Assembly (NCBI GenBank): GCA_002633005.1
Contig: NMRA01000057.1
Location: forward strand, 493,567 to 557,566
Direction of reading: 5' to 3'
Origin: Phoronis australis
Taxonomy: Eukaryota; Animalia; Phoronida
DNA: 64,000 bases
Shown piece by piece: positions 27,401 to 42,200 of this stretch. Numbering within the stretch: position 1 is the stretch's first letter; every line of letters starts with the position of its first letter. The position numbers were made by a program, and so were the translations under genes. Under the pieces are notes generated by a model that searched no databases, was not told where the DNA came from, and saw nothing but the letters and a program-made list of their open reading frames with translations.

Positions 27401-27741
27401 AGGTTCGTAGCGGTAATAACTCCCAGGGTAGCATGAAACAAATGGCAGCTGGATACCCCAAACTGGACACTCAGGGGTCCAAGAACTTTATCGTCGTCGC
27501 CTTTCCTAAAGGTCAAACCATGGTGTACGATCCTACGATGCAAATCGTTGACATTGATCCGGAAGCTGTTTACGACGACGATGATGATGGCGGAAACGGC
27601 AACAATGGCGATGGCGGAAACGGCAACAATGGCAATGGCGGTACCAACGACGGCGGCGGTGGAACTAATGAGTCACCAAGTGTTGCGTCCTCCATTTGTA
27701 TTTTGATGACGTGTTGGTTTCTGGGACTCAGTTATTTATGA
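15451..27741 (+). CDS. Skeletal aspartic acid-rich protein (SAARP/CARP4)-like secreted, probably GPI-anchored protein (350 aa)
   Basis: Exons 15451-15494, 20767-20912, 22348-22571, 23762-23870, 25205-25395, 27403-27741; GT-AG, phases 2,1,0,1,0, total 1053 nt. Signal MYWQGALVFLVVISSIHC. Family-like motifs: VRVKGRSGKI, LEFDDITE, NMAQTDF, FQNLSITYFNF, VYIFRENG, AGDVKINVELDGWVFC, IKG, DFDLG, MAAGYPKL, FPK...YDP. Hydrophobic C-terminus. Motif match is from memory of the family. Confidence 0.8.
17330..17495. mobile_element. MITE of the CAGGGGCGGATCC type
   Basis: Ends caggggcggat ... atccgtcactg; TACAG directly repeated on both flanks. Confidence 0.65.
18836..19066 (+). mobile_element. hAT-like MITE, copy 1 (family of 53299-53541)
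   Basis: Aligns over its whole length with 53299-53541; right TIR attccaagccctg, left TIR degenerate. Confidence 0.7.
19264..19375. repeat. Inverted repeat / foldback element
   Basis: agtctaatcacgagcacacacg versus revcomp agtctaatcacaagcactcacatg; pairing continues to gattgwca. Confidence 0.6.
21440..21528 (-). mobile_element. tRNA-derived SINE head
   Basis: Minus strand gttaacagagcactggactgcgacctcaggtgttgcaGGTTCGATTCCgtg has a B-box but no complete cloverleaf. Confidence 0.5.
22780..22885 (+). repeat. Dispersed repeat, copy B (similar to 591-670)
   Basis: Shares the cttcgcgagattacg...tgccgt...tggctaga core with 591-670. Confidence 0.6.
26340..27179 (+). mobile_element. Internally deleted L1/Tx1-clade non-LTR retrotransposon in the last intron of the SAARP-like gene
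   Basis: APE endonuclease C-terminus (LFDVWRYQHPGKKQLTW...QSRIGYWL), then RGPGFWKLNNSL and KWEVVKMKIREH of the ORF2 tether. It then jumps to a TG/T-rich 3' UTR, AATAAA and an A-rich tail; RT is absent. Confidence 0.85.
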
Positions 27742-29211
27742 GAGGCAACCCAAAAACGATTGTTCTTAAACATATTCAATGCTTTTGTTTAATGCCTTCT
27801 GTGTGTTTGAGCAAATGTTATTAGCAAGCATGAACAACATGTATAATCGCACTTATGCACTTGATGAACTTTGGAATATATAATGCCATTAATTCTGCTT
27901 CACATAAAACTATAAAGTGAAAAACTAACAAAACGTACGTAAACCATTTAATTATACACGTTTAAAAACCTGAAATAAGTAAATCAAATATAGAGTCAGG
28001 GAACTGTCTTTACCGCTTATAAAACACGCCTGACAGAACTGTCTTTACCGCTTACATTGTTAATGCCTGCCAAAACTTTTTCTTAGAGCATTACAGTTTG
28101 TTTAAATTGAGCTGTCCTTAAACTGTCTACCCTCGCCTAACACTTATTACTCCGAGATGAGTACACGTAGACATAGAACGGTGGGCAATTTGTTCCCCAT
28201 TTCCTTGTTGTGGTGCGTTCATTTTTGTTGCCAAAAATTTAGTTTTTTACGATTGAGAAAAAAATTCTGTCTGATTGCCAATCAAATGTTTTGGGTCGGG
28301 CACATCACGGCAGGCCACGCGAGGGCGAACAGCTTTAATATTGATGCAGCCGGCAGCATTAAATTCATCTGCGCCTTGATCTGTACATGTACATGTACTG
28401 TGCAAAGCACTGATTGCATGTGTTATGAATGTTAAGTGATAATAATACGAGAAATAGTACAATACTTGACTTTCAGTTTCACTCACAAACAATCCAATAA
28501 AGCAAACAGTCAAGGCAGTTTTACGCCACTTTACATGTCTAACACAAACGTGTTCTGGAGCTACATCCTCATCTACTTCTTTTTGTTTCAAGGCACTGTT
28601 TGTGCCCAGTAGGGAAATGCAGACCACTGCCCAGGTTCTCATCTTCGAACTCGGGCTCTACTGTGTCTCTGGACTTGAAACTTGTGGTCATGTTGGAGCT
28701 TGTCAACAAGTCTACAATCAGCCAAAAATATATCAAAGAATTAACTTTACTCAGTAAACTTCTTGAACCATACAGCCTGTATAACTTGATTTTTGACTTT
28801 ACACCCATCTGCCATGAATTGTGTTGTTTCAGTAAAATTTAGCAAAAAAGAAAGGTGCATTCATATCAAAACAGCGCCATCTACACGATCAAATTCTTTT
28901 TGATATAGATATTCAAGACGAAACCTGAAAAGCGTTGTTACAGCTTCCTAAGATATCCCTTCCTATTAGGCAATTTAAGAGCTATATTTTTAGTACTTCT
29001 TGCAAAAGTAGAACGCTTTCAAAACAATTTTTAAAAGAGTTCTGGAGACCTGTGCATAAAACTCAGAGTGGCTGAAACTTTTTCAAAAGTCTACCCAGCC
29101 ATTTTTTGAAATACGAAATTCCTCCGTTAACCAAATATCTACATCTTTCTGGGTCATACATAATCTTAACCAATTAAACAGGATGACATGATTGGAATAC
29201 ATGTATGTTAA

Positions 29212-30730
29212 AGGAGAACGCCACCCAAAAACAACCCATTTTGTATCAAGTTAGATCAAGTAGTTCCACTCAATAACAACAAGTTCAGTTCTTTTACCTG
29301 ACACTTAGGGCAGACGGAGGTGTTGAAAGTAATCAATGACGTCACAGGTTCGAACGCAGTCTGTTCAGCAGTTCAAAACACGCTTACGGGTGTCAGCTTA
29401 TCGTGTGAATTCATCGCTTTACACCAATAAGTCATCAAAATTCGATGTAATACCCTTACAAACACATCGAGTTCTTGAACAAACGGGTTGTTTCGCTGTT
29501 ACGGATTTATAGGTAGACCAATTTACCAAGGTCGGTCGCGTGAGTTTGGGGCCTGTTCGGTGATAAATTCGAATTATTCTTCCGTGAAATATAGACAGGA
29601 GAACATAGCTGCGTGTGTTGTAATTATAGACTTGCGCTTTTTGCAGTTCCAAACACACAAAACGCTTGTTATCCTGGCCAGTGGCTCGGAACCCGATCAG
29701 GCCCGTCGCGGCGGGACTGAAGTCATCACGAACATAAACCAGCCAAAGTTGGAAGCTAATCTCCCAGTCATGAAAAGACTATACTAGTGAGCCAAAGAAA
29801 TGATGTGCACGTGATTATTTTGGTGAATTAGCCGCGAAACTACAAATGAACTTACTCGTCGGGGACCTCGAAGTCAAGTTCCCCTTCCACAGAACCGTCA
29901 GGGTAAAAGTTGTACAGTAACAATGATTTGAACTATGTACATGTATTTCTAAATAAAATTTCCCTAACATCTGACAATAGCATTGAAAATTGTTGTTGTT
30001 TCACAACAGCTTTCTGTCAGCAAACACTGAATTAGTATGCGCTCACACGGCCTCGGTGCCCGGTCAATTAGCTTTATTGCATCTGAAGCCTCTAACGCAG
30101 TTATTTGTTCATTGCTGGCTTCTCAAAACATTTATTTGCACTCACGGACACTACAAAGGCATTACAAGTTGAATCTACAGAGACAGACTTTGCCATTTAG
30201 TTTCAGTTTTATATAAGCATTGGTTAGAGTAAGAATAGTTCATTTTGAAACAGAACGCACAATAATAAACGTCAACATGACAACTTGCAATCCCGAAATA
30301 GACGAGTGCTCACCAGTCTCTTTTTTTGCCCCGGCATGAGCTGTTTGGTAAGCCGGCATTCGTCAATGAAATCACTGTCAACAAAATGCAGGTTACAGAC
30401 ACCGAGATGGTTCACGGCCTCATACTTGGTATTAATGGTGTACTTTTCATTCTCTACTGCCGCGAGCCACTTCGGAAGCATTTCGGGTTCTCAAGGAAAT
30501 CGAAAAAACGATGTGCCCGCAGCTTCATAGTTCGCACAAGCGGGAACGATACACCACACCAAAGCGGCACTCACTCTGCAGAAGAACCACTGACGTCGCT
30601 GAGTCGTTTACTCGCCTTCCTTACTGGTTAACGAGACACCTCTCAGCGAGGTAAGGTCAACTGTATACAAGATGATGTGGATATTGACTGATTAAGACGG
30701 CAAAGTAATTAAATCGGGTGGCATTCTCCT
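29212..30730 (-). mobile_element. Non-autonomous Kolobok-like DNA transposon with a THAP remnant
   Basis: TTAA|aggagaacgccaccc ... gggtggcattctcct|TCAA: 15-bp TIR with 1 mismatch, AG termini and a TTAA-type TSD. Contains a THAP fragment. Confidence 0.75.
30272..30560 (-). pseudogene. THAP zinc-finger (C2CH) fragment with an in-frame stop
   Basis: WCIVPACANYEAAGTSFFRFP*EPEMLPKWLAAV...LGVCNLHFVDSDF matches the THAP signature C-x4-C...FP...W...C-x2-HF. Confidence 0.75.
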
Positions 30731-31320
30731 TCAACTCGATTCGAATTTCGAGAACAGATATTAGAGCCTGGGCCCAGAGCTGCGTCCTGCAAACCCAAAA
30801 GTTTCGCAAGTAAAACAAGGCTATCACGCTCTTCACTTGAAATGCATGACGACATCTCGTGAAGTCTTGGGTGGTCTCGAGTTTTCGCGAGGATTTTGGG
30901 TCTACGGAACGTAGGTTACTGTATATAGAGACAAGCTTGCGAAACACGATCACGACAATTTTAAAACAATACATGCAACAATGCTTTGGATCTAAAAGGT
31001 AAGCGCCGTTACAGATAAAAGGTAAGCAAATAAAAAATTAAAACCGACGAATATAGACGACATGTAAACAGGTGTATATTTAATCTCCACCGCTGAAAAA
31101 CAGCGCGCCGAACGAATTTTATTGAATTTTGTACAGCCATTATTCGCCAGCTTTTTTTATTTCTGTCTCTTTATTCACTGTTATTTCAAGTGATAACATT
31201 TTGAAAATAGTACAAATACAATCATTTAAGTGTACAAGAGGCCAAAATCAGTAGAGTACAACTGTTAGCAAGAGGACGACTTCAGCAAGAAAGTCCAAAG
31301 TTTCCTTCCGTTTGTCTCTC

Positions 31321-34785
<3,465 letters not shown>

Positions 34786-35750
34786 TGTGAAAAATCGCAC
34801 TGCTAAAATCTCGCCAGTACCCATCGAGTTATAGATAACTTGCGAATGATGATAACATTAATCTTTTTACGCACTTACTTAAAAATGATTGGAACACAAG
34901 GCGTTCAATATGAACAGCTTCGTTACTTATTTTTTATCATTCTTCACATAAAACGGTAACAATCAAAGACTTCATATTTTTCAGTTTTGAAGGCTCCAAA
35001 AGACCTATGGGGCTGTAACGAATACATTGTAAACAGTAACTAATTCACACAGGAATATCAAAGCTGAACCACGTGCACTAACTGTAGTAAATTACACAAT
35101 AGCTGAAGCCACTAAGATTATCCCACAATGAAATCGGATTCAAAATCTGATAATGTGACCTACTGATTCTGCGTCCGTTGATTAGATGTAAATCTAATGC
35201 TGAGCCTTCAATTGAAATAATTAACTTTAAAATCAAAACTGAGACCTGCTCCTCACCACTTTAAGCAAATTTCAATGATTTTGTAAATGCGTAACGTGGG
35301 GAATTTTGCTAAATTGGTGAGTAAAAGCGATGAGCTAAACGAGCTTATTGGTAAATGGTATGTACATGTAATAGCACGGACTACACAAGGCACCTCTACG
35401 ACACGGCTAATGACTATTATTGTACAGTTACCTTTAAATTGATAATACGTTTTTGTCTGTTTCCGAAATAAGTTCACCACAATACACACAGAAACATAGG
35501 AAGTTGTTTTCGAAGCACGTTTGAGCGGGACCAAGGCCATCACTGAAAGGTTAAAGATCACGTGTGATGAGTAGAACCGGAAGTGACGTCATCCGAAAAC
35601 CGGAAGAAAGTGACAATGATGTTACAGCTCATTACCTAATAGGTTCTATTGAACCTGTTAAAGAGGGACCTCCATTCAAGGTAATGCGTGTAACCGAAAG
35701 CCATGAGTAAACCAAAAGGAATTGAAAAGGAGGTCATAATCGAACTGGAA

Positions 35751-35760
35751 GTCACGTGAC
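35751..35760. promoter_or_regulatory. Perfect CLEAR/E-box motif GTCACGTGAC about 1 kb upstream of cathepsin L
   Basis: Exact palindrome; further CACGTG boxes near 35070, 35559 and 35940, and an ETS/CRE motif ccggaagtgacgtca at 35577. Confidence 0.35.
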
Positions 35761-37660
35761 TGCCGACATCATCAGGTGGGTTAGGGCGTGACACCGTCCA
35801 CCAACCTAATGTTCTGACGCTAAAAAGAAGTTGAATACGTTGTGTTTGTAGAGTTCGTAGGTCTCGTTTTCTTCCGTGTCTAGTCGTAGAAACCTGAGAT
35901 GTTTTCCCTCTCGAAAACTTCTCGCATGTCAGGTTTAATCACGTGCTCTAGACAGTTATTGGATATGGCCATGCACGGCGACTCTGTGTCCGACTCGACT
36001 CTATTCGAAATCGGATCTGTCGACAAATCTTAAAATGAAGTCGTAATAAAACTCCAACATGCGAAACTTCGCATACTGATAAACAAAAAGCCTATTTGAA
36101 GTGGTAGGTTCAAGCCGATAGTCTTCTGCCTGAAGTGATAAGGGCTTTTGTTTAAAAGTTTAGTCCTTTCGTACGAAGACTGTAATGAAAGCTTATTCTG
36201 GTTTTGAGTCGATCATACCTGACGCAGGCATCGCTTAGGCAATGGAAAAAGTAACTTTTAATTTCTATGGAGTCGTTTGCCCAAGCCATGACATGAAAAA
36301 ACTTGGCTTACGACTGCACATGTTACCCTTGGGGCAGTTATGTCCTCATCTATGTAACATGGTGGAAATGATTGTGGAGTACATGCAGTTTTTTATCCTA
36401 GTTATCCTTAAAGAGTTCTTATTTGGAGATGTGAGCGCACTTTCAGCTTATTTTTTTACTTAAGCAGCGATTTGGGTTACTTCATTTTTTTCCCAAAATG
36501 GAAACAAGTATTTCTTAAAACTAATTTTCAAATGTTTCTCAGGCAGCTGACAGTCAGTGTCGTTTACAGCCCCGACAGTAACGATCAATTAACTGTTGGG
36601 TGACCACCACTAGAATACTAAGTAAACAGAAACCGTAGTCTTCTGAGTTTTGGTGCAAAATGTGCCTTACTGTGCGCAGTCTTTGAATTGTTTCTCTCAA
36701 TACGCAAACTGGATAGAATCGTAGAATGAGAGAATGTCGCACTACGGTTAGCGACCGAGAGAATTAAGGTGCCTTTACAAAGGCGCCTACATGTTAAGGA
36801 TTAACCGCCAAGACCAACGCAGAGAAAAACGACCGTAACAGAAGTAAAACTATATGTTCAAAATACGCCAATATCAAAGTAAAAAGTTAACTACATAACA
36901 TATATGTACAGATTCTATTTCTCAATTTCAACGTTCTACACAAACCTCACGCTTATGCCAGGAAATTGCAACGCTTTCCGTTTCAACTACGAGCATACTG
37001 TATTAAGCACAAAGTATGACGTCAAACAACCAGTTGACAAGTCTACCGCATAACCAGTCGATAAAAGGGAACCACTGTCAGAAATAATCAGAATTTTTTA
37101 CCTTTCAGATCATTAAAAAACGGAACGCTTCAGCTGTAGATATGAAAGTGCCACCATGGCAGACAAGGGTCTTGAAATGCACTCTCTATAAAACGTGGAT
37201 ATACACCCGTGAAAGGGCTGTAAGTAAATAAAAAATAGCAAGAGTGGCATAAGTAGACCCTCCGTATCACCAAGAAAAGCAACAGTAGTGCTACCTCAGA
37301 ATTTTCTGACAATGAACTGGTATACACAAAACGCGACGTTAACTACGATCTTCTAAAAGGTCACTAGACCATGAATGCGTCAACAGCCGTGACTGTAGGC
37401 AACCAATACACACTCCTGAGATTACAGTAGCACCATGCAACACCATACAGCAGAGTCCATAACGTACAAACCATTGTCTCAAGCACTTTCAGCCAATCCT
37501 TGACCGCGGCCTACAGGGTCAATCATAGCCACCGCGGGAGTCATTAACGAGACAGCGGGCGACACAAATTGAAAGGCTTTCAGTGCACTTCTATCGCACA
37601 TCACCAGAAATTTGTAACATTCTTGATCCGCTACGTGACGCTTATCGCCATGTTGGCACA

Positions 37661-38581
37661 TGTTTCAATATTTTTAGTACACCAGCATGGAAGTCCGATC
37701 TTTCATTGACAAGTGGGACTGTACACATCACATGAGTTCGCCAGAACACTTAACTCCCTGTCGAACGAAAAGGTCGCCTCAGCGGTCAAGGCAGCCAAGA
37801 CTTTACTCTGCAAGTGTAAGAGATCTCAGACGGAACCTATTTGGCTCACTAGAGTCGCATAGTAACCCAGCTCAATGATTACTGGGTCGTCGCACACGAT
37901 CTCTGGTACCTATCACAGCCAGATTTTACTTCCACGTGTCGAGGTCTCACACTCGTTTAACAGCGACAGTTACAAAATGGAAGAGATGGTCCGTTTACAA
38001 GCTCAAAGTTACAACCAACAAGCCAAGGGCCTACCTTACCTTCTGGAAGGTGACTCTGTGCGAATTGAACTCGGCATTAAGGAGTGGAAGAAAGGATTTG
38101 ATACAAAGCAACTTAGTTACGAATCCTACGAAGTGCAAACCCCTAGCGGATGCTCCAAATGCAATAGAGTGCACCTCCACAAGTCATATGAACCTCCCTC
38201 CACTGTATCGGGCGATGCTCTGTCTGCTGAATAAACCATAATTGCTGTAACGTCTAGTGACTATACAACACATGTTCCCAACAGACCAGTTCGTGATCGA
38301 CGAAAACCATCCTGCTTAAAGGACTATGTCGCGGCTTAGTGTACTTTTTTCATGTGTGCACTACTAGTTCTTGGCTATAGACTTCTTATATCTAGTTTTA
38401 TTTCTATTTTTGTATTTAAATTTTTTTTTGGGAGAATGTTTCAACATTGTTTAGTTTTATCGCCAGTCAATAGGTGGCGTTGCTAATATGGAGTCGGCCA
38501 CTTTCTCGTTCCATAATAAAATGTCATGTCGGCAAACACGCTAACGTTTTATTCGCACTAATTCCAGTCAGTCTTGAAACA
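37661..38581 (+). mobile_element. Deleted Ty3/Gypsy LTR retrotransposon with a 5-bp TSD
   Basis: GCACA|tgtttca ... tgaaaca|GCACA. Integrase remnants YTSMEVRSFIDKWDCTHHMSSPEH, PAQ*LLGRRTRS, YNQQAKGLPYLLEGDSVRI...SYEVQT...NRVHL, RKPSCLKDYV. PPT-like gggagaa precedes the 3' LTR (38437-38581), which contains AATAAA. Confidence 0.85.
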
Positions 38582-39226
38582 GCACATGCTCGCCTTAACC
38601 AATCATAAGAACGCATAGGTAGGTCAAGGCTTACGAAGCTTGGGACTAGTACAGAGTGGCATCAGCTTGAGCCCGAAGTCTTTCTTGTCAATATTGCTCA
38701 AACACTGTTTCTTATGGATCGTAATTCAATCTCTCCTCAACATATTGCAAATTCAGTGCAAGACAACAAGGCGACCGGTACTTTTCTGTACGTGGATCCA
38801 TTTTCGAAGCACAAGAAACGTTGAATTTTTTGTCGAAAAATCACATGAAATTGGGATCAACAACTTCTCAACACACCTGGTCGTCGCCTAGGCTACCGAC
38901 AAATTCGACGGCCAAATGAATTCACCCACAAACGTAAAAATGAGCTGTGCGCTCAAATAATGGCTTCTGGGTGATCGTTAACATAGCCCTGAACGGGACA
39001 AACTTAAAACTTCAAGAGACATGGAAACGTGACGCTAATATTTGGAAATAACAAGACTTAACATAAACTTTCTGCTACAGCTAGGCTATCGGCAAATTGT
39101 TTAGTTATCTCACATGACTTCTAATTTACTGATAATAGTTCATTCCTGTGTATTTTTTATGGAGGGCTACTGGCAAGATTTAGCACATGCGCCGTAGTAC
39201 ATGTTGCAAATTTCTGACGAAGACTC

Positions 39227-42200
39227 TTACGAGTTAGTGAACGTAGGGTTGTTTTTCAACGACACTACATCGCTTACGATAATGCAGAACGAATCCTCGT
39301 CTTCGTCTTCGGCAAACCCAACTGTTTCTTGAGAAGAGTCGTAACAAGACGTCTGGCCGTTTACTTCACAAACCGAGTCGTAAATACCCTTCACATTTTG
39401 TCCTTCCAGGTCGACACACAATGGATAGTTTACCTTGTGTAGGTCGCTCCGAACTTCATTCGTCTTTTTCGTTTGGTCTCCCAGTACACTGAGCAACGTA
39501 GGGCTTCGTTCAGAACAGTTCTCTTGCTGTCCAGTATGCAACACGACCGTTTCTGTTAGTTTACTGACATCTTTGATATACTTTGAGGCAACATCAAATT
39601 TGTGAGGCTCAATGTGTTTCCTTTTTCGACTTCGGAATAAAAACTCATTAGGGCTGGTCGGTGCGATTCCTTTTGACGGACGTGACATTTTACGTTTCGC
39701 GCTTCCCGTGTTCTTATATGTTTTGCCACTTTTGGCAGGATGCGTCGCACCTGCTTCCTCGGTCAGTTTTCTCGATTCAAGAAACCCTTTCGACTCCTTT
39801 AAAGCACTTGCGCCGAAGATTTGATGAAGGTTGTGGAAGATCATCTTGAAATCAGTCAAGGGCAATATATACTTCGACCGAAGAATACCGTCTGGGATTC
39901 CATAGTAATTGCACAGCGCCTTCTCTTCCATGGAGGTCATTCTCATGCAGTCCGTTCTGAGAATAGAACGATGAGTGTATTCCAGTTCCGTAAAGTCAAC
40001 GTGTGGAAAAAAGGTAATGCCAAGCTCTTCAACGGAGATGAACCAGTCTTTATTTCCTCTCCACAATGAATGAAGCACCGGGACTAGACTGTTGAAAAGA
40101 TATAATATACGCACATGGATATCGTTGTCCTTTAAGTCTTTTGGTAAGAATTTTTGCGACATGGAAGTTGTAGGGTCACTGTCAGGGACGATCAAGAATG
40201 TTGAAGTTTTATCTAACTCGTTTCCTTTCACGAAGTCTTTGGGCTGCGAAGGCGTTGATGCCGTAGGTACAGTGGTGGACTTCGGTATAGGAGGTGGATA
40301 AGAAAAACTACTTGGAACTTGCGGACTAGTAAATGACAAAGTTGCCACGTTTCTTTCTTTGCGATGCTTTCCAGACCCATCGAGTTGTGCACTCGATGAG
40401 AGTGAAGTCGGTGAAACAGAAGTTCCAGCGTTTCCGTCCACGGCTGGCGAGACGTTAATGAAGGGGTATCTACGGCTTGGAAGTACATGTACAGCTTCTG
40501 ATGAATCAAATGGCGCCTGTACTCCAGCTGATTCCATTACCGAGGATTGAGTCGCAGAATGATGAGACGAACTCTTAATCTGGTCAGCGTCACATACCAG
40601 ACGATCTCTCCGTGCCGTTGTGGTCCCAACGAAAGTGTTTGCAGAATCGTTCCTCGTTTGTGTTATATTGCACTCATACCCACAATTTTCTGTTTGAAAT
40701 CGGACAGGGGGAGAAGCTCGAATGTACCCAAGCCCGTTCTCTACATGGCGAGGTTGCATTCGGCTTGCGTCCCTAGACGAAAGCAAGTGGTGTGGGTATA
40801 GGTACGAGGGTGGGGTAAGCGCACTCGGCGTGGAAACAGTAAAGGACGAGAAAGTTGATACAGACTGGTGAGTTGATAGTCTTTTAAGAGCTTCAGGATC
40901 GCTTGACTGAGGTAAACCACAAGAGGTATTCAGGCTATTTGGGTAAGTGCGATTCATGCAAGATGGCAGCCTGTTGTGAAATCCAGGTCTCGTCTGATTA
41001 ACAATGCCAAGGATTCCAAGCGATGCTGAGAATGGATGACGCCGCATCAGAAGTGCCTGGTGAGTAGCATGGTTATAATTTGCAGCACGTTGTTGTTGAG
41101 GACGGACATAGAGGTTGAGCTTTTGCTGGTCTTCTAATGAAGGCTGAAAAGGAACTTGAGGACGGTGAAATGGTCGACACGTTTGAGGAAAATTTGGACA
41201 GTAAAATCTTTGGGGAACTGGAGCCTGATGAAGCTGATTTCTTGACGGGAAATGGTGGATGGTGTACACATTGTGGTGGGAGGGTTGCCTTACAGGAAAT
41301 GAATTTGTAGTGTCAGAACCACTGACCAGAGGCAACAGTGGCATATTTGGCTTATGCTGACGTTCATGAGGATGCAATGGGTAGACATCAGGGCATTGGT
41401 TTTGCTTCGGCTGGGTGACACTGTTAGACACACCTGTGGCTCTGGTGTGGCTGGCTGAAGCGCTGCTCGGTTCGCTGATAGTTGTATACTGGCATGACCA
41501 GTTTAGAGGCATGGTTGATTCCTCAAACTGGTGATCCGTTGTTGACTGACCAAAAGTTGGTGGCTCCTCTAACAACTTAAGCAGATGAGAAGCATCAGTT
41601 GACGAAGTTATTCTCTCACTTGTAGATTGGGTTAGGGAATTAAGCGGTGTAGATTTATTTTGACTAAACAGTACATCAGGGACGCTGGTGCCAACAGATG
41701 ACCGTGACACTGCAGCAGTGACTGGTATAAGAGACATGCTGGTACCAGAAACCTTGCTTCCATTTACGAAAGGTTGCTTTATTACGAGCTCTGCTCCAAC
41801 TTGAGTATTATTATCACCAGCTTTGATGACATTGGACTTAGACGACACGCTAGGAGCTGTATTGGTTTCTTGTTCATCGACACATGACTTGTACGGATTT
41901 TCACTCAACTCAACGATCTTCTTACAGTTATTATGATTTTGAATGATGTTAACTGATACAAGTCTGATGCTGGGTCCAAAGGTGTGAATACCAAGACATT
42001 CTCTGTTCAAACTTATAAGTTCCCCATCATCTACCTGAACTGTGTCTACACGGTCTCTTTGAGTGAGAAGCTTTGAGGCCTGTCGCATTACCGACAGTGG
42101 CACATATCGAACACCGTGTCTTTCCACATAGGGGGTGTTTGTACAATCATTTACCCTGTACCAGCCAGTCTTCACACAGTGACTCTGGTACTGACGTTTA

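Noticed and set aside
28001-28080. 35-bp tandem duplication downstream of the SAARP-like gene
   Set aside because: Only two to three degenerate units; ordinary slippage.
34786-34824. Upstream ATG of the cathepsin ORF (MGTGEILAVRFFT)
   Set aside because: The second ATG (34785) directly precedes the hydrophobic signal and gives a typical length. The upstream start is not strictly excluded.
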